A stretch of DNA of 64,000 nucleotides from Minisyncoccota bacterium (GTDB lineage: Bacteria; Patescibacteriota; Minisyncoccia; Phycocordibacterales; UBA918), in NCBI GenBank assembly GCA_041389045.1, contig JAWKSQ010000001.1, positions 267,063 through 331,062 on the forward strand, given 5' to 3'. This document shows positions 7,557-17,899 of the stretch, piece by piece. Below the pieces are notes generated by a model that had not been told where the DNA came from, did not search any database, and worked only from the letters and a program-made list of their open reading frames with translations. Made by a program: the position numbers and the translations under genes. Numbering within the stretch: position 1 is the first letter of the stretch; each line of letters begins with the position of its first letter.

Positions 7557-8857
7557 AACCAAATAATACTAAAAAAGTTCATTTCATAGGGATTGGCGGT
7601 ATTGGCATCAGTGCCTTGGCTCGGCATTATTTGCATGAGGGTTTTGTGGTACAGGGTTCCGATAGTAACAAGACAAGCAATAGTGAAAAATTGGAGGCGG
7701 TTGGAGTAAAGGTGTTTTATGAACAGACATCGGCTCACATAAAAGATGATATTGATTTAATTATTTATAGTGACGGTGTAACAGAAAAGACGGCTGGTTG
7801 GAGCGGAACTGCAGCTGCTCGCGCTTCAGGGTATCAAAACAATGAGTTACTTTGAGGCCTTAGCACAAATTGCCAACGAATATTATTTGATAGCAGTGGC
7901 AGGTACGCATGGTAAGACTACCACTACTGCCATGCTGGCGGACATCTTTGAAGAGGCCAGTTATGACCCAACGGTAGTAGTAGGTTCTTTACGCAGTAAA
8001 ACCGGTAGTAACTACCGTGCCGGGCAGAGTAAATATTTCATAGTAAAGCGGATGAATACCTGAGGCACTTTTTATATTTTGTACCAGATGTACTTTGATA
8101 AATAATCTTGATTTTGATCACCCGGACTATTTTAAGGATCTAGCTGACGTGCAATCGGCCTTTAAAGAATTGGTAGCTAAAGTACCAGAGGATGGGTTTA
8201 TTGTCGCTAACACTAAAGATCCAAAGGTAGTACCCGTACTAGAAGTCGGCCTTGGCTACAGTAGTTGATTATTCGCAAAATTTAAACCTAACACGTCCGT
8301 TACTGCAACCAGGTCTTCACAATAGATTAAATGCGGCCGGTGCAGAGACGGTGGCAAAAGCAGTTGGTATTAAGTCTAATTATATTGAAACAGCCCTCAC
8401 TAATTTGTCGGTACCGCCAGACGTTTTGAATACAAAGGGAAGTTAATGGAGCTTTAGTCTATGATGATTATTCTCACAACCCGCAAAAGGTGGCAGCAGC
8501 AATTGCTGGAGCGAGGGAGGTTGCACCAGATCGTAAATTAACTGTAGTGTTTCAACCTCATACTTATTCGCGCACCCACGAATTATTTGGTGAGTTTGCT
8601 ACCGCACTTTCTACCGCCGATAAAGTGTTGCTACTGCCAATCTACGCCGCTCGAGAAGAAAATACTTCTGGTGTCACTAGTGAAAAGTTAGTCGAAGCAA
8701 TTAATGTCCTGGGGCAAAAAGCCGAAGCTTTGCCAGACTTCACTACCGTCATAGAACAAATAAAAGGATCGGTAACTGAAAAAGATTTGGTACTAGTAAT
8801 GGGAGCGGGGATGTAACTAAAATTGCGACAGAACTGACTAATAAATTGTACAATTGA
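7553..8857 (+). pseudogene. murC: UDP-N-acetylmuramate--L-alanine ligase, broken by about 7 one-nt frameshifts (possibly assembly artefacts)
   Basis: MurC-like pieces in shifting frames: VHFIGIGGIGISALA, IAVAGTHGKTTTTAM, ADEYLRHFLYFVPDVL, LINNLDFDHPDYF, QPGLHNRLNAAGA, TVVFQPHTYSRT, VLVMGAG-DVTKIATELTNKLYN; several breaks lie in short homopolymers. Confidence 0.85.
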
Positions 8858-8880
8858 CTTATACAATTAAATTGTATAAG
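8854..8880 (+). promoter_or_regulatory. promoter/operator of the Phd-RelE pair
   Basis: TTGACT (8854-8859); 23-bp palindrome CTTATACAATT-A-AATTGTATAAG (8858-8880) ending in TATAAG 8 nt from ATG 8889. Confidence 0.5.
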
Positions 8881-8888
8881 ATATAGGT

Positions 8889-9140
8889 ATGATTAAAACC
8901 ATTCAAGCTTCAGAATTACGTAGTGGATTTAAGAGTGCCCTTGGCCATGTAAAAAAGACCAAGGAACCTTTAGTGATTACTGAGAGAGGGTGCCGACTTC
9001 GGTCTTGGTCAGTATTGATGAATACGAAGATTATCCTATCAGCCCGTGATCCAAAGTTTTTGGCTTCGATTAAGGCTTCTCGTAGTGAGTATAAAGAAGG
9101 CAAGGTATTTTCCTTCGACGATGTATTTGGTAAGGTCTAA
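8889..9140 (+). pseudogene. Phd/YefM-family antitoxin with an internal out-of-frame patch (two compensating shifts)
   Basis: MIKTIQASELRSGFKSALGHVKKTKEPLVITERG ... DPKFLASIKASRSEYKEG in frame; the expected PTSVLVSIDEYEDY segment is readable only in another frame. Confidence 0.6.
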
Positions 9141-9144
9141 CACT

Positions 9145-9399
9145 ATGGCCTACACGATTGTTATTACAAAGAAAGCAAAACGTGATATTGATAATTTAGA
9201 ACCCATAATAAAGAACCGACTTGGTAAAAAACTAAAACAAGTTATGGCCATGGATGATATTTCACAGTTGTCAGACAACTTGTGGATAGTCGGATTGGTT
9301 CCTACAGACTACGAGTAGGTGATTATCGGATACTCTTTGATTTGGAAAAAATCAGATCATAATTTTGCGAGTCAGCATCGTAAGGACGTATATAAATAA
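9145..9399 (+). pseudogene. RelE/ParE-family toxin, multiply frameshifted
   Basis: MAYTIVITKKAKRDIDNLEP..., then YRLRVGDYRILFDLEK and HRKDVYK* appear in other frames. Confidence 0.6.
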
Positions 9400-9402
9400 T
9401 TT

Positions 9403-10110
9403 ATGCAAATGGGAAACTTTCAGTCGTCGCGACGCCAATCGGGAATATGGAGGATATTACTCTTCGGGCTCTTCGTGTGCTTAGTGAGGTGGATTACGTG
9501 CTGTGTGAGGATACTAGGGTAACTGGTAATTTACTCAAGCATCACGGAGTCGTAGCAAAGTTAAAAGCGCTATGACGCTCACGCTTCAGAAAGTGTGCAT
9601 GAGGGGATTTTGGCGGATCTGGAAACTGGGAAGCATATTGCGCTCGTGAGTGATGCTGGCACTCCAGGGGTGAGTGATCCGGGGGTGCTTTTGGTTGCGC
9701 GCGCCCGCGAAGCGGGCGCGCTAGTCGAAGCTGTTCCTGGCGCTTCGGCTCTTACCGCCGCTTTTTCTATTTCTGGTATTATTGGAAATGGTTTCGTTTT
9801 TATTGGTTTTGTCCCACACAAGAAGGGAAGACAAACTTTTTTTAAAGAAATCGCCGAAGAAGAACGACCAGTGATTTTCTATGAATCTCCCCATCGGATT
9901 ATAAAAACCTTAACTTCTCTGGCCGAAATCCTAACACCAAAACAAAATAAAGGTGACGAAGGACTTCCAATCGATTGGAAAGTTATTGTGGCTCGTGAGC
10001 TGACTAAAATGTTTGAGGAGGTGGTGGAGGGAACTCCAGAGGAGGTGCTTGAATATTTTACTTTAAATCCAGATAAAGTCCGTGGGGAGTTTGTCGTGAT
10101 GGTGACTTAG
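9403..10110 (+). pseudogene. rsmI: 16S rRNA (cytidine1402-2'-O)-methyltransferase, two frameshifts
   Basis: [45 protein letters not shown], then [38 protein letters not shown] in shifted frames; first break in the run GGGAAAC. Confidence 0.8.
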
Positions 10111-10164
10111 GAATTTTTATCCACTTTTCGCATCGAAAGTGATTTTGGGTTATACTGCAGGGAA

Positions 10165-10413
10165 TTGATTATGACTAAAGAAACCCTCGTCTTTTTCCTC
10201 GGAATCTTCCTTACTTTAGTACCATTTTTAGGCTTCCCAGAGGCCTGGCGCCAATATGCTGTGACAGCAGTAGGGGCCGTTTTAATTCTGGTCGGTTACG
10301 TTATGCGTCGAGCGGTTTATCTGGAGCGAATAAGTAAAGGTAATGGTGAAAGAGGAAACGATTCGTTTGTGGAGACAACGAAGCCGCTTTTTGATGAGGG
10401 TGAGCTACAATAG
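10165..10413 (+). CDS. small two-TM membrane protein (start probably ATG 10171)
   Basis: 82-aa ORF; TATACT -10 upstream. Confidence 0.45.
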   Translation: MIMTKETLVFFLGIFLTLVPFLGFPEAWRQYAVTAVGAVLILVGYVMRRAVYLERISKGNGERGNDSFVETTKPLFDEGELQ

Positions 10414-10419
10414 TCAGAT

Positions 10420-11760
10420 ATGACAAAACCGGTCATATTTTCAGTAGTCGGACTGGCTTCAGTCTTAGCAGTGTTAAGTAATGTGCCGATACCTCGGAGT
10501 GATCTTACTTATGACCGGGCAGTGACGGTAGTTGATGCCAACCAGACAGACATAAGTGTGTTAGAAAAAGCAGAAGTGCCTCCACCGATAGATAACCGTA
10601 AGGTAGTGAAACATGTACCGTTACCTAGTCAGGTAAAATCTATCTACATGACGTCTTGTGTTGCTGGCACACCAAGCTTTAGAGAAAAATTAATCAAGTT
10701 AATGGAAGAGACGGAGATTAATTCGGTGGTGATAGATATTAAAGACTACTCCGGGACCATTTCCTTTCCCCCAGTCTCACCAGCTTGGCAATATGCTTGG
10801 GAAAACGCTCGTTGTGGTACTAGGGATATGGAGGACTTAATAGCTACTATTCACGCTAAGGGTTTTTTTGTGATTGGCCGCATTACCGTTTTTCAGGATC
10901 CTGTTTATGCTGTGACGCACCCGGAATTGGCGGTTCTGAAGGCTTCTGACGGTAGTGTCTGGAAGGATGGAAAGGGTCTGTCATTCATTGATGTGGCCTC
11001 GAAGCCTTACTGGGATCATATTATTGAACTTTCGGTCAATGCTTATAACATAGGTTTTGATGAATTAAATTTTGACTACGTACGGTATCCGTCTGATGGC
11101 AATATGCAAGATATTGCTTTTCCGAATAGCATGAAAAGTGAGTATGGCGCCGATAAGCAAGCTAACTTGGAAGCGTTCTTTAAATATTTAAATGAAACGT
11201 TGGATGATGAAACTTTATATATTGCTGTAAGGCACGAAAATACTGGACGAGCCTCTAGTACCCCCTATACGTCTGCTGATTTATTTGGGATGACTACTAC
11301 CAACTTCGATGATCTCTCGATTGGTCAGGTGCAAGATAGGGCGGCACCTTACTTTGATTTTATAGCGCCAATGGTTTATCCCTCGCATTATCCAAAAAGT
11401 TTTCTAGGTCTCGGTAATCCTAATGATTATCCATACAAGGTGGTGAACTACGCTATGCAGGCGGGGGTTAATCGAATGATGTCCTCAACGACGCCGATGA
11501 AGGGATTTTTACATGAACGGGTAGGGACTTCGACCCCAGCCGTTTATAGTAAGCCAGTTTATACGGCTGACAAGCTTCGAACCTGGATACAAGACTTTGA
11601 TTATGGAGGTGACTACGATGCGGTGGATGTAAGAGCGCAAATACAAGCTAGTTACGATGCTGGAGTGAATTCGTGGATGTTGTGGGCACCAAGTAATATT
11701 TATACTAAAGAGGCGCTTTTCGGCCCCGGGGTTTTGGAGGTTGCTATTAACCCGATCTAG
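10420..11760 (+). CDS. membrane-anchored putative glycoside hydrolase (DUF4015/COG1306-like TIM barrel)
   Basis: 446 aa; N-terminal TM; VVIDIKDYSGTISF, GRITVFQDP, FDELNFDYVRYPSDG resemble that family (from memory). Confidence 0.5.
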   Translation: MTKPVIFSVVGLASVLAVLSNVPIPRSDLTYDRAVTVVDANQTDISVLEKAEVPPPIDNRKVVKHVPLPSQVKSIYMTSCVAGTPSFREKLIKLMEETEINSVVIDIKDYSGTISFPPVSPAWQYAWENARCGTRDMEDLIATIHAKGFFVIGRITVFQDPVYAVTHPELAVLKASDGSVWKDGKGLSFIDVASKPYWDHIIELSVNAYNIGFDELNFDYVRYPSDGNMQDIAFPNSMKSEYGADKQANLEAFFKYLNETLDDETLYIAVRHENTGRASSTPYTSADLFGMTTTNFDDLSIGQVQDRAAPYFDFIAPMVYPSHYPKSFLGLGNPNDYPYKVVNYAMQAGVNRMMSSTTPMKGFLHERVGTSTPAVYSKPVYTADKLRTWIQDFDYGGDYDAVDVRAQIQASYDAGVNSWMLWAPSNIYTKEALFGPGVLEVAINPI

Positions 11761-11828
11761 ACTACTCACTTTATAGATTCTGTGGCTAAGCGACCGATTT
11801 GGGTGGGTAGCTACGGTATGATAACTAG

Positions 11829-13315
11829 ATGACAGATGATGATTCAAGTCAGCGTCGCTTTTATGCTGTTTCTTATAAAGATGACATTCCGAAACCTGGT
11901 AAAGGAGCGCTTATTCCGTATGATAAACAGAAAACGGCTTTGGCGGTGCGAAGGATAGACAAGTACGCCGGATTAATTTTGGTTCCACTGGCAGCTTTAC
12001 TATTTTTGTTTACTGCGAGCTTGGTCGGGGTGAAAGTGACGGCGGGCATTAGTACTGCTTCACTACCGATGGTGTCAGTGGTGAATCCTTTTACTGAGGA
12101 AGTGAAGCCACTTAATTATGGAGTGCAGGTAGCACTTACTCAACCAAGCTTTTTTGCCGAGACGATTGAAGCTTTTGTAGAAGAAAAAGTTACTTTTATT
12201 GAAGCTGATCTTACTACGATGCAACTCAGGTACTTCGTGGATGGAGTGCTGGTAGAAAATATTCCGATTGAAGCGAAAGGGAAGGAAGGTTCGTGGTGGC
12301 AGACACCAGCTGGTCTCTATAAGATAGAATTCAAAAGAAGAACCACTATTCGACTTTCGGTCACGTCTATCAACCATGGAGTATGGCCTTCCAGGGTAAC
12401 TTCTTCATCCACGGCTGGCCTGAGTATACTGATGGTACACCAGTACCAGAAGGTTTCTCTGGTGGTTGTATTCGCCTTAGTACTGAAAATGCCGAACGAC
12501 TATATAACTTAGTTAAAGTTGATACACCAGTTTTAGTTCATGAGGAAAATTTAGCAGAGGAACCTTTTGTTTATGAGCCAAAGATTCCTGAACTAAAAAC
12601 CCCACACTACATGATAGCGGATGTGGAGAGTAGTACGGTCTTGGCGGCCAGTGATCTCGATAAGCCAGCGCCGATTGCTTCTATTACCAAGCTTATGACC
12701 GCTCTGGTGGCAGCGGAATTTATCAACTTGGACAACTCAATTTCTGTCACCCAGCCAAGTTTTGTAGAATCACTCATCCCCCGTCTCGGCGATAGAAATA
12801 AGGTCTCGATGTATAGCTTACTCCAGCTACTGTTGGTTGAGTCTTCGAATGAAGCGGCGGAAGTGATTGCTTCGCAGTTAGGTAAGGCTAGGTTTGTTAG
12901 CTTGATGAACCAAAAGGCTGAGGCTTTAGGGATGAAAAATACTCACTTTGCCGACCCTTCTGGTCTCTCAGCCGAAAATACTTCGTCACTCAGTGATTTA
13001 CTCCGTTTGGCGCAGTATCTGTATAAAAACCGCAGTTTTATTTTGGAACTAACCGCCAATCAGAATTTACCCTCCGCCTACATCAGTGGTGAGTTTGGTG
13101 AACTAGTTAATTTCAATAGTATTGAAGGATTAGATAATTTTATTGGCGGTAAAGTAGGGGAGACATTGGCGGCTGGACAGACTTCACTTAGTCTACATCG
13201 TCTGCGAGTTAAAGATACTGACCGGATATTGGCAGTGGTGATACTCGGTTCGGTTGATCGCAATGCGGACGTACTTGAACTCTATAAGTATGCTGAAGAG
13301 AGGTTTTCTAAGTAG
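11829..13315 (+). pseudogene. L,D-transpeptidase (YkuD) fused to a PBP5-type D,D-carboxypeptidase; one frameshift near 12335 in an A-run
   Basis: ORFs 11829..12512 and 12383..13315 join through KKNHYSTFGHVYQPWSMAFQGNFFIHGWP...SGGCIRL (YkuD His/Cys), then SITK (SxxK), SSN (SxN), KVG (KTG variant); TATGAT 6 nt before ATG. Confidence 0.7.
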
Positions 13316-13330
13316 AGTGTAACTTATAAA

Positions 13331-13362
13331 AGCCCCAACACCTTAAGGTGTTGGGGCTTTTA
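13331..13362 (+). terminator. intrinsic terminator
   Basis: AGCCCCAACACC-TTAA-GGTGTTGGGGCT then TTTTAT. Confidence 0.7.
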
Positions 13363-13382
13363 TTTGCTATACTAAATACAAC

Positions 13383-15377
13383 ATGGCATTTGATCCGGAA
13401 AAAATTACTTTCTTCGCTAAGACTGACGCTCGGGGACAGCAGATACCATTTGGTATTAAAGCTAAAGACAGACAGCGTCACATGTACGTGGTCGGGAAAA
13501 CGGGTATGGGTAAGTCGACCTTGCTTGAAAACATGGCGGCGCAGGATATTCAAAATGGCGAAGGTATGGCCTTCATTGATCCGCACGGCTCGGCGGCCGA
13601 AACTCTTCTAGACTATGTTCCAGAGCATCGCCTAAACGACGTGGTTTATTTTGCACCGTTTGACTTGGCTAACCCGATTTCTTTTAACGTGATGGAAGAT
13701 GTCGGTGCAGATAAACGACACTTGGTAGTGTCGGGACTAATGTCTACTTTCAAGAAAATTTGGGTCGATGCTTGGAGTGCGCGTATGGAGTACATTCTCA
13801 CTAACGCACTGTTGGCGCTCATTGAGTATCCCGACACTACTTTACTTTCAGTCAATAGACTCTTTTCAGACAAAGTCTATCGCAAGCAAGTAGTTGACTA
13901 CATTAAAGATCCAGCTGTGAAGGCCTTTTGGGTAGAAGAGTTCGCCAACTACACCGACCGTTTTGCGGCTGAAGCCTTACCGGCGATTCAAAACAAAATC
14001 GGTCAGTTTACCGGTAATCCACTGATTCGAAATATTATCGGCCAGCCTCATTCTAGTTTTGATATTCGAAAAATTATGGATGAGAAGAAAATTCTCATCA
14101 TGAACTTATCGAAAGGTTTGGTTGGGGAAACAAATGCCAATTTACTTGGTTCGATGCTGACAACTCGTATTTACTTGGCAGCGATGAGTCGGGCAGACTT
14201 ACCGGTGGAGCAGATGAAGACTATGCCAAACTTTTATTTCTACGTGGATGAGTTCCAGTCTTTTGCCAACGCTACTTTCGCTAATATTCTATCTGAAGCC
14301 AGAAAGTACCACCTCAATCTAATTATCGCTCATCAGTATATTGAACAAATGGAGGAAGAGGTACGCGATGCAGTGTTTGGTAACGTTGGTACAACTGTGA
14401 CGTTTCGGGTCGGTCCCTTTGATGCTGAAGTCTTGGAAACAGTCTTCACACCGCGCTTCTTGGCGGCCGATTTAGTAAATCTTGGCTTTGCACAAATTTA
14501 TCTAACCTTAATGATAGATGGTATTGGGTCACAACCATTTTCGGCGGTTACCTTGCCTCCAGTGGAAAGGCCCCACGTCTCTTGTAAAGACATGGTCATC
14601 GCTGCGAGCAGAAGAAACTATACCAAGCCACGGGAAATAGTAGAAAAACTGGTGACAGACTTGCATACCCCTGTAGTGGAGGTAAAGCCTAATCATGTCC
14701 AAAAACCTAAACCGAAAGATGCACCTCCAGCTTCTATTAATCAGACCCAAGCCAATAATTCACCAAAAAAAGATTTTCGACCAGAACGAGAAAATAAAAG
14801 TAATACTCCACATCAACAAAGATCAAACGAGACTAAAGATGCGACCCCTAGACCCCATCAGACTTCAAGTCAGCCAACAAAGACTCAGCCAACTACACAA
14901 AATTCACACCAAAAGTCAGCCAGACCGACAGATAGTGATCGAGACAAGCCGGCCAAATCTCCACTCGAGGACTTACGCTCGGTTTTAGCTAAAATTAGTA
15001 ATAAAGATACTCCTACTTCGCCAAAAACCACTGAGTCTAAACCGGAAGTAAAATCAGCTCCAGAGACCAAAAAACCTGACCATCGGGAAGGCCTAGCTTC
15101 AGTACTCAAGAAGATGGATATCGTTAAAGACTCTCCAGTGAAGGAGGGTGTGAATCAAAATCATCAACAGCCAGTTAATGAAGCAACTAAAAAAGTTGAT
15201 ACCGGACCAGTTACTGCCGATAAAGATGAGCTAGCTCGTTTGGTGGCAGAAACAGAAGCGGCTTTTTCAGCTCTAGATTCAAGTAATGTAGGTACGAAAG
15301 ACGGTCCGTTAGCAGTCAAAAAAATCGAAAAAATGTTTAAGCAGTCCGGTAACGAGCGTTCACCCTTCGCCTCATAA
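13383..15377 (+). CDS. VirD4/TraD-like (T4SS coupling-protein-type) P-loop ATPase with about 230-aa disordered tail
   Basis: 664 aa; Walker A VGKTGMGKST, Walker B-like FYFYVDEFQSF, AHQYIEQ; tail rich in P/K/T/Q/S; TGCTATACT extended -10 9 nt before ATG. Confidence 0.6.
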   Translation: MAFDPEKITFFAKTDARGQQIPFGIKAKDRQRHMYVVGKTGMGKSTLLENMAAQDIQNGEGMAFIDPHGSAAETLLDYVPEHRLNDVVYFAPFDLANPISFNVMEDVGADKRHLVVSGLMSTFKKIWVDAWSARMEYILTNALLALIEYPDTTLLSVNRLFSDKVYRKQVVDYIKDPAVKAFWVEEFANYTDRFAAEALPAIQNKIGQFTGNPLIRNIIGQPHSSFDIRKIMDEKKILIMNLSKGLVGETNANLLGSMLTTRIYLAAMSRADLPVEQMKTMPNFYFYVDEFQSFANATFANILSEARKYHLNLIIAHQYIEQMEEEVRDAVFGNVGTTVTFRVGPFDAEVLETVFTPRFLAADLVNLGFAQIYLTLMIDGIGSQPFSAVTLPPVERPHVSCKDMVIAASRRNYTKPREIVEKLVTDLHTPVVEVKPNHVQKPKPKDAPPASINQTQANNSPKKDFRPERENKSNTPHQQRSNETKDATPRPHQTSSQPTKTQPTTQNSHQKSARPTDSDRDKPAKSPLEDLRSVLAKISNKDTPTSPKTTESKPEVKSAPETKKPDHREGLASVLKKMDIVKDSPVKEGVNQNHQQPVNEATKKVDTGPVTADKDELARLVAETEAAFSALDSSNVGTKDGPLAVKKIEKMFKQSGNERSPFAS

Positions 15378-15378
15378 C

Positions 15379-16779
15379 ATGCTTATGCAGAAATTACTTA
15401 GACATTTCTGCTTAATCATCATCCTGCTTCCGTTACCGACCCTGGCCGCCGTCACTATCAATGAGGTGGCTTGGATGGGTGACTCTACTTCAGCTAATCA
15501 TGAATGGATTGAACTTTATAATTCCGGTGATACAGCCAGTTGATTTGTCTGGGTGGGTGCTTAGTGATGGACAAAATTTAAATATTAACCTTAGTGGTAG
15601 CCTTGGCGCTAAGGCATATGGGGTATTAAAAGAACTAGTGAAGAGTCAGCGCCTGGGACGGCGTTTTTAATTTATACGGGGGCCTTAGTTAATACTGGAG
15701 CTACTCTGACTATCAAAAACCCGGCTGGGACTATAGTTGAGCAGGTAGCTGGTGGAGAAAATTGGTCTAATATTGGTGGAGATAATGCTACTAAAGAAAC
15801 GGCGCAGTATACCTCAGCGGGATGGGTGACTGCTGTGGCGACGCCGGGTCAGCAAAATAAATCAAGTAAATCCGAAGTTGTAGAAGTTGCCGAAACTCCA
15901 GAAAATGATACTGAACAGACAAGTGTCCCTATTAATAAAACTGTGAGTAAAAGCAGTAGTGACACGGTTTTCTTTAAAGACTTAGATTCGAAATTAATAC
16001 TCAAGCCAGATATTAAAACTGTTGCTTATGTCAATCAGAAAATACCTTTTAAAGTTGAGGCTAGTGGCCTAGGTCGAGATCTGCTCGCTTCATTAGTTTA
16101 TACCTGGAACTTCGGTGATTCGTTTGAAGCGTACGGTAAAGAAACTCAGCATTCTTATTCTTATCCAGGCAAATATGTGGTCACTCTACACGGGAAGGTG
16201 GCAGAGAATGAAGCAATTGTTAAGGCTGAGATTATGGTATTACCAGTCACTTTTTCTATTTCAAGAAATGATCAAGGTGATGTACAAATAAATAATAACG
16301 CACCTTACGATATTGATATTTCCGGCTACAAGTTGATTGGTGCAAAAACAGTAGTGATGCCAGCACGAACAATTATGTTGGCAAAAGGAACTGTGACTAT
16401 AGATAGGGAAAGGTTGGAGTTGGGTAATAGACCGAGTCAAATTTACCTATATGATAGTAGCTTACATCTGGTTGCCTCAGACTTACCGTCTGGCGAGTCC
16501 AAGGCAGAATTATCGGTCAGTAGTGAGTCAAGATCTTTACCTTTGCCTGTTTCTAGTCATACAGCATCTCAATCCAAAACCAACTTTACTTTTGCAACTA
16601 CAACTGAAACTTTAGAAACCACGGATAATCCGGTATTGCCTCCAGAGGAATTTGTGGGGACTGAGTCAAATGTTATTGAGAAGGAGCCAACTAAATCAAA
16701 AGATATACAGTGGCCGTATGCATTATTTATAGCGTTGTTATTAGGGGCTTTTACCGTGATTATTTATAGTAAAAATTAG
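15379..16779 (+). pseudogene. secreted LTD (lamin-tail-domain) + PKD-domain surface protein with C-terminal TM anchor; two frameshifts (about 15545, 15625)
   Basis: Signal peptide, INEVAWMGDSTSANHEWIELYN, DLSGWVLSDG, LVNTGATLTIKNPAGTIVEQV, then in-frame ORF 15826..16779 with YTWNFGDS...YPGKYVVTLH (PKD) and terminal TM. Confidence 0.7.
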
Positions 16780-16851
16780 GACGAATAATTAGACCTTTAA
16801 AGTCAACAAAGTAAAGGTACGTAAATAAGAATGGCTTAGTTATAGACTGGT

Positions 16852-17856
16852 ATGAATAAAAAGAAAGTAGTGGTGGTTGGTGGTGGTACTGGTACCCACA
16901 CCGTCCTTAAGGGACTTAAAAAATATTCCGACACATTGGATATTACCGCCATTGTTAGTATGGCTGACTCCGGTGGTTCAACCGGCCGGTTACGTGATGA
17001 ATTTGGACAGTTACCAGCTGGTGATGTGCGTAACGCCCTTACTGCTTTGGCGGCAGACGGAGATGACTATGATATTCTCTTACGTCAGCTGTTCCTCTAT
17101 CGTTTTGACCGGGGGGAAGGACTAAGTGGTCACAATTTCGGCAATCTGTTTTTGACAGTTTTGACTGATATTCTGGGTAGTGAGACTGAAGCTATTGAGG
17201 CGGCATCAAGGATCCTACGTGTATCGGGTAGGGTGGTACCAGTAACTACAGACCCTGCCCATCTAGTAGCAACTTATGCTGATGGCAGTGTGGTGGTGGG
17301 GGAGCATGACATAGAGATTTTAGCAGATACAGCTTTGTATGAACCTGAAAACCGAATCGTAAGTCTAACTCTAACTCCAGAGGCCTTTATTAATCCTGAA
17401 GCTACTAAAGTGCTAAAGGAAGCCGATTTGATTATTTTGGGTCCAGGAGACCTCTATACCAGTGTGTTAGCCAATTGCGTGGTAAATGGTTTTAGCGAGG
17501 CTCTAACTTCCTCAGAAGCCACAATAGTGTACGTGTGTAATCTGATGTCAAAACGAGGACAAACAGTAGGAATGAATGCTGCTGAACATTTGGCAGAAGT
17601 GATAAAGTATTCTGGTGCGGTACCTGACGCAATGATTGTAAACAATCGTGAGTTTGCTGACGATCTTTTGCATAAGTACGCGCTTGAAGGTAATCATCCT
17701 ATTTTGAATAATTGTACTGCTGACGAACCAGTGGTGTGCTCGCTCCCGCTTGTGGCAGAGGAAGAGGTGAGATTAGATAGTGGGGACGTTCTCATGAGAA
17801 GTTTAATTAGACATGACGCTGATCGATTAGCTGAAGTACTCCTTACTTTTTTGTAG
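16852..17856 (+). CDS. YvcK/CofD-family protein (UPF0052, gluconeogenesis factor-like)
   Basis: 334 aa; VVVVGGGTGTHTVLKGLK, SMADSGGSTGRLRDE. Confidence 0.8.
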   Translation: MNKKKVVVVGGGTGTHTVLKGLKKYSDTLDITAIVSMADSGGSTGRLRDEFGQLPAGDVRNALTALAADGDDYDILLRQLFLYRFDRGEGLSGHNFGNLFLTVLTDILGSETEAIEAASRILRVSGRVVPVTTDPAHLVATYADGSVVVGEHDIEILADTALYEPENRIVSLTLTPEAFINPEATKVLKEADLIILGPGDLYTSVLANCVVNGFSEALTSSEATIVYVCNLMSKRGQTVGMNAAEHLAEVIKYSGAVPDAMIVNNREFADDLLHKYALEGNHPILNNCTADEPVVCSLPLVAEEEVRLDSGDVLMRSLIRHDADRLAEVLLTFL

Positions 17857-17899
17857 TGTTTGTTAACTGGAATCTTGATTGGAGAAACACAATTAGCGT

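Noticed and set aside
10113-10121. Near-consensus DnaA box TTATCCACT after rsmI
   Set aside because: It is a single 8/9 match in an ordinary intergenic region, so it is not meaningful alone.
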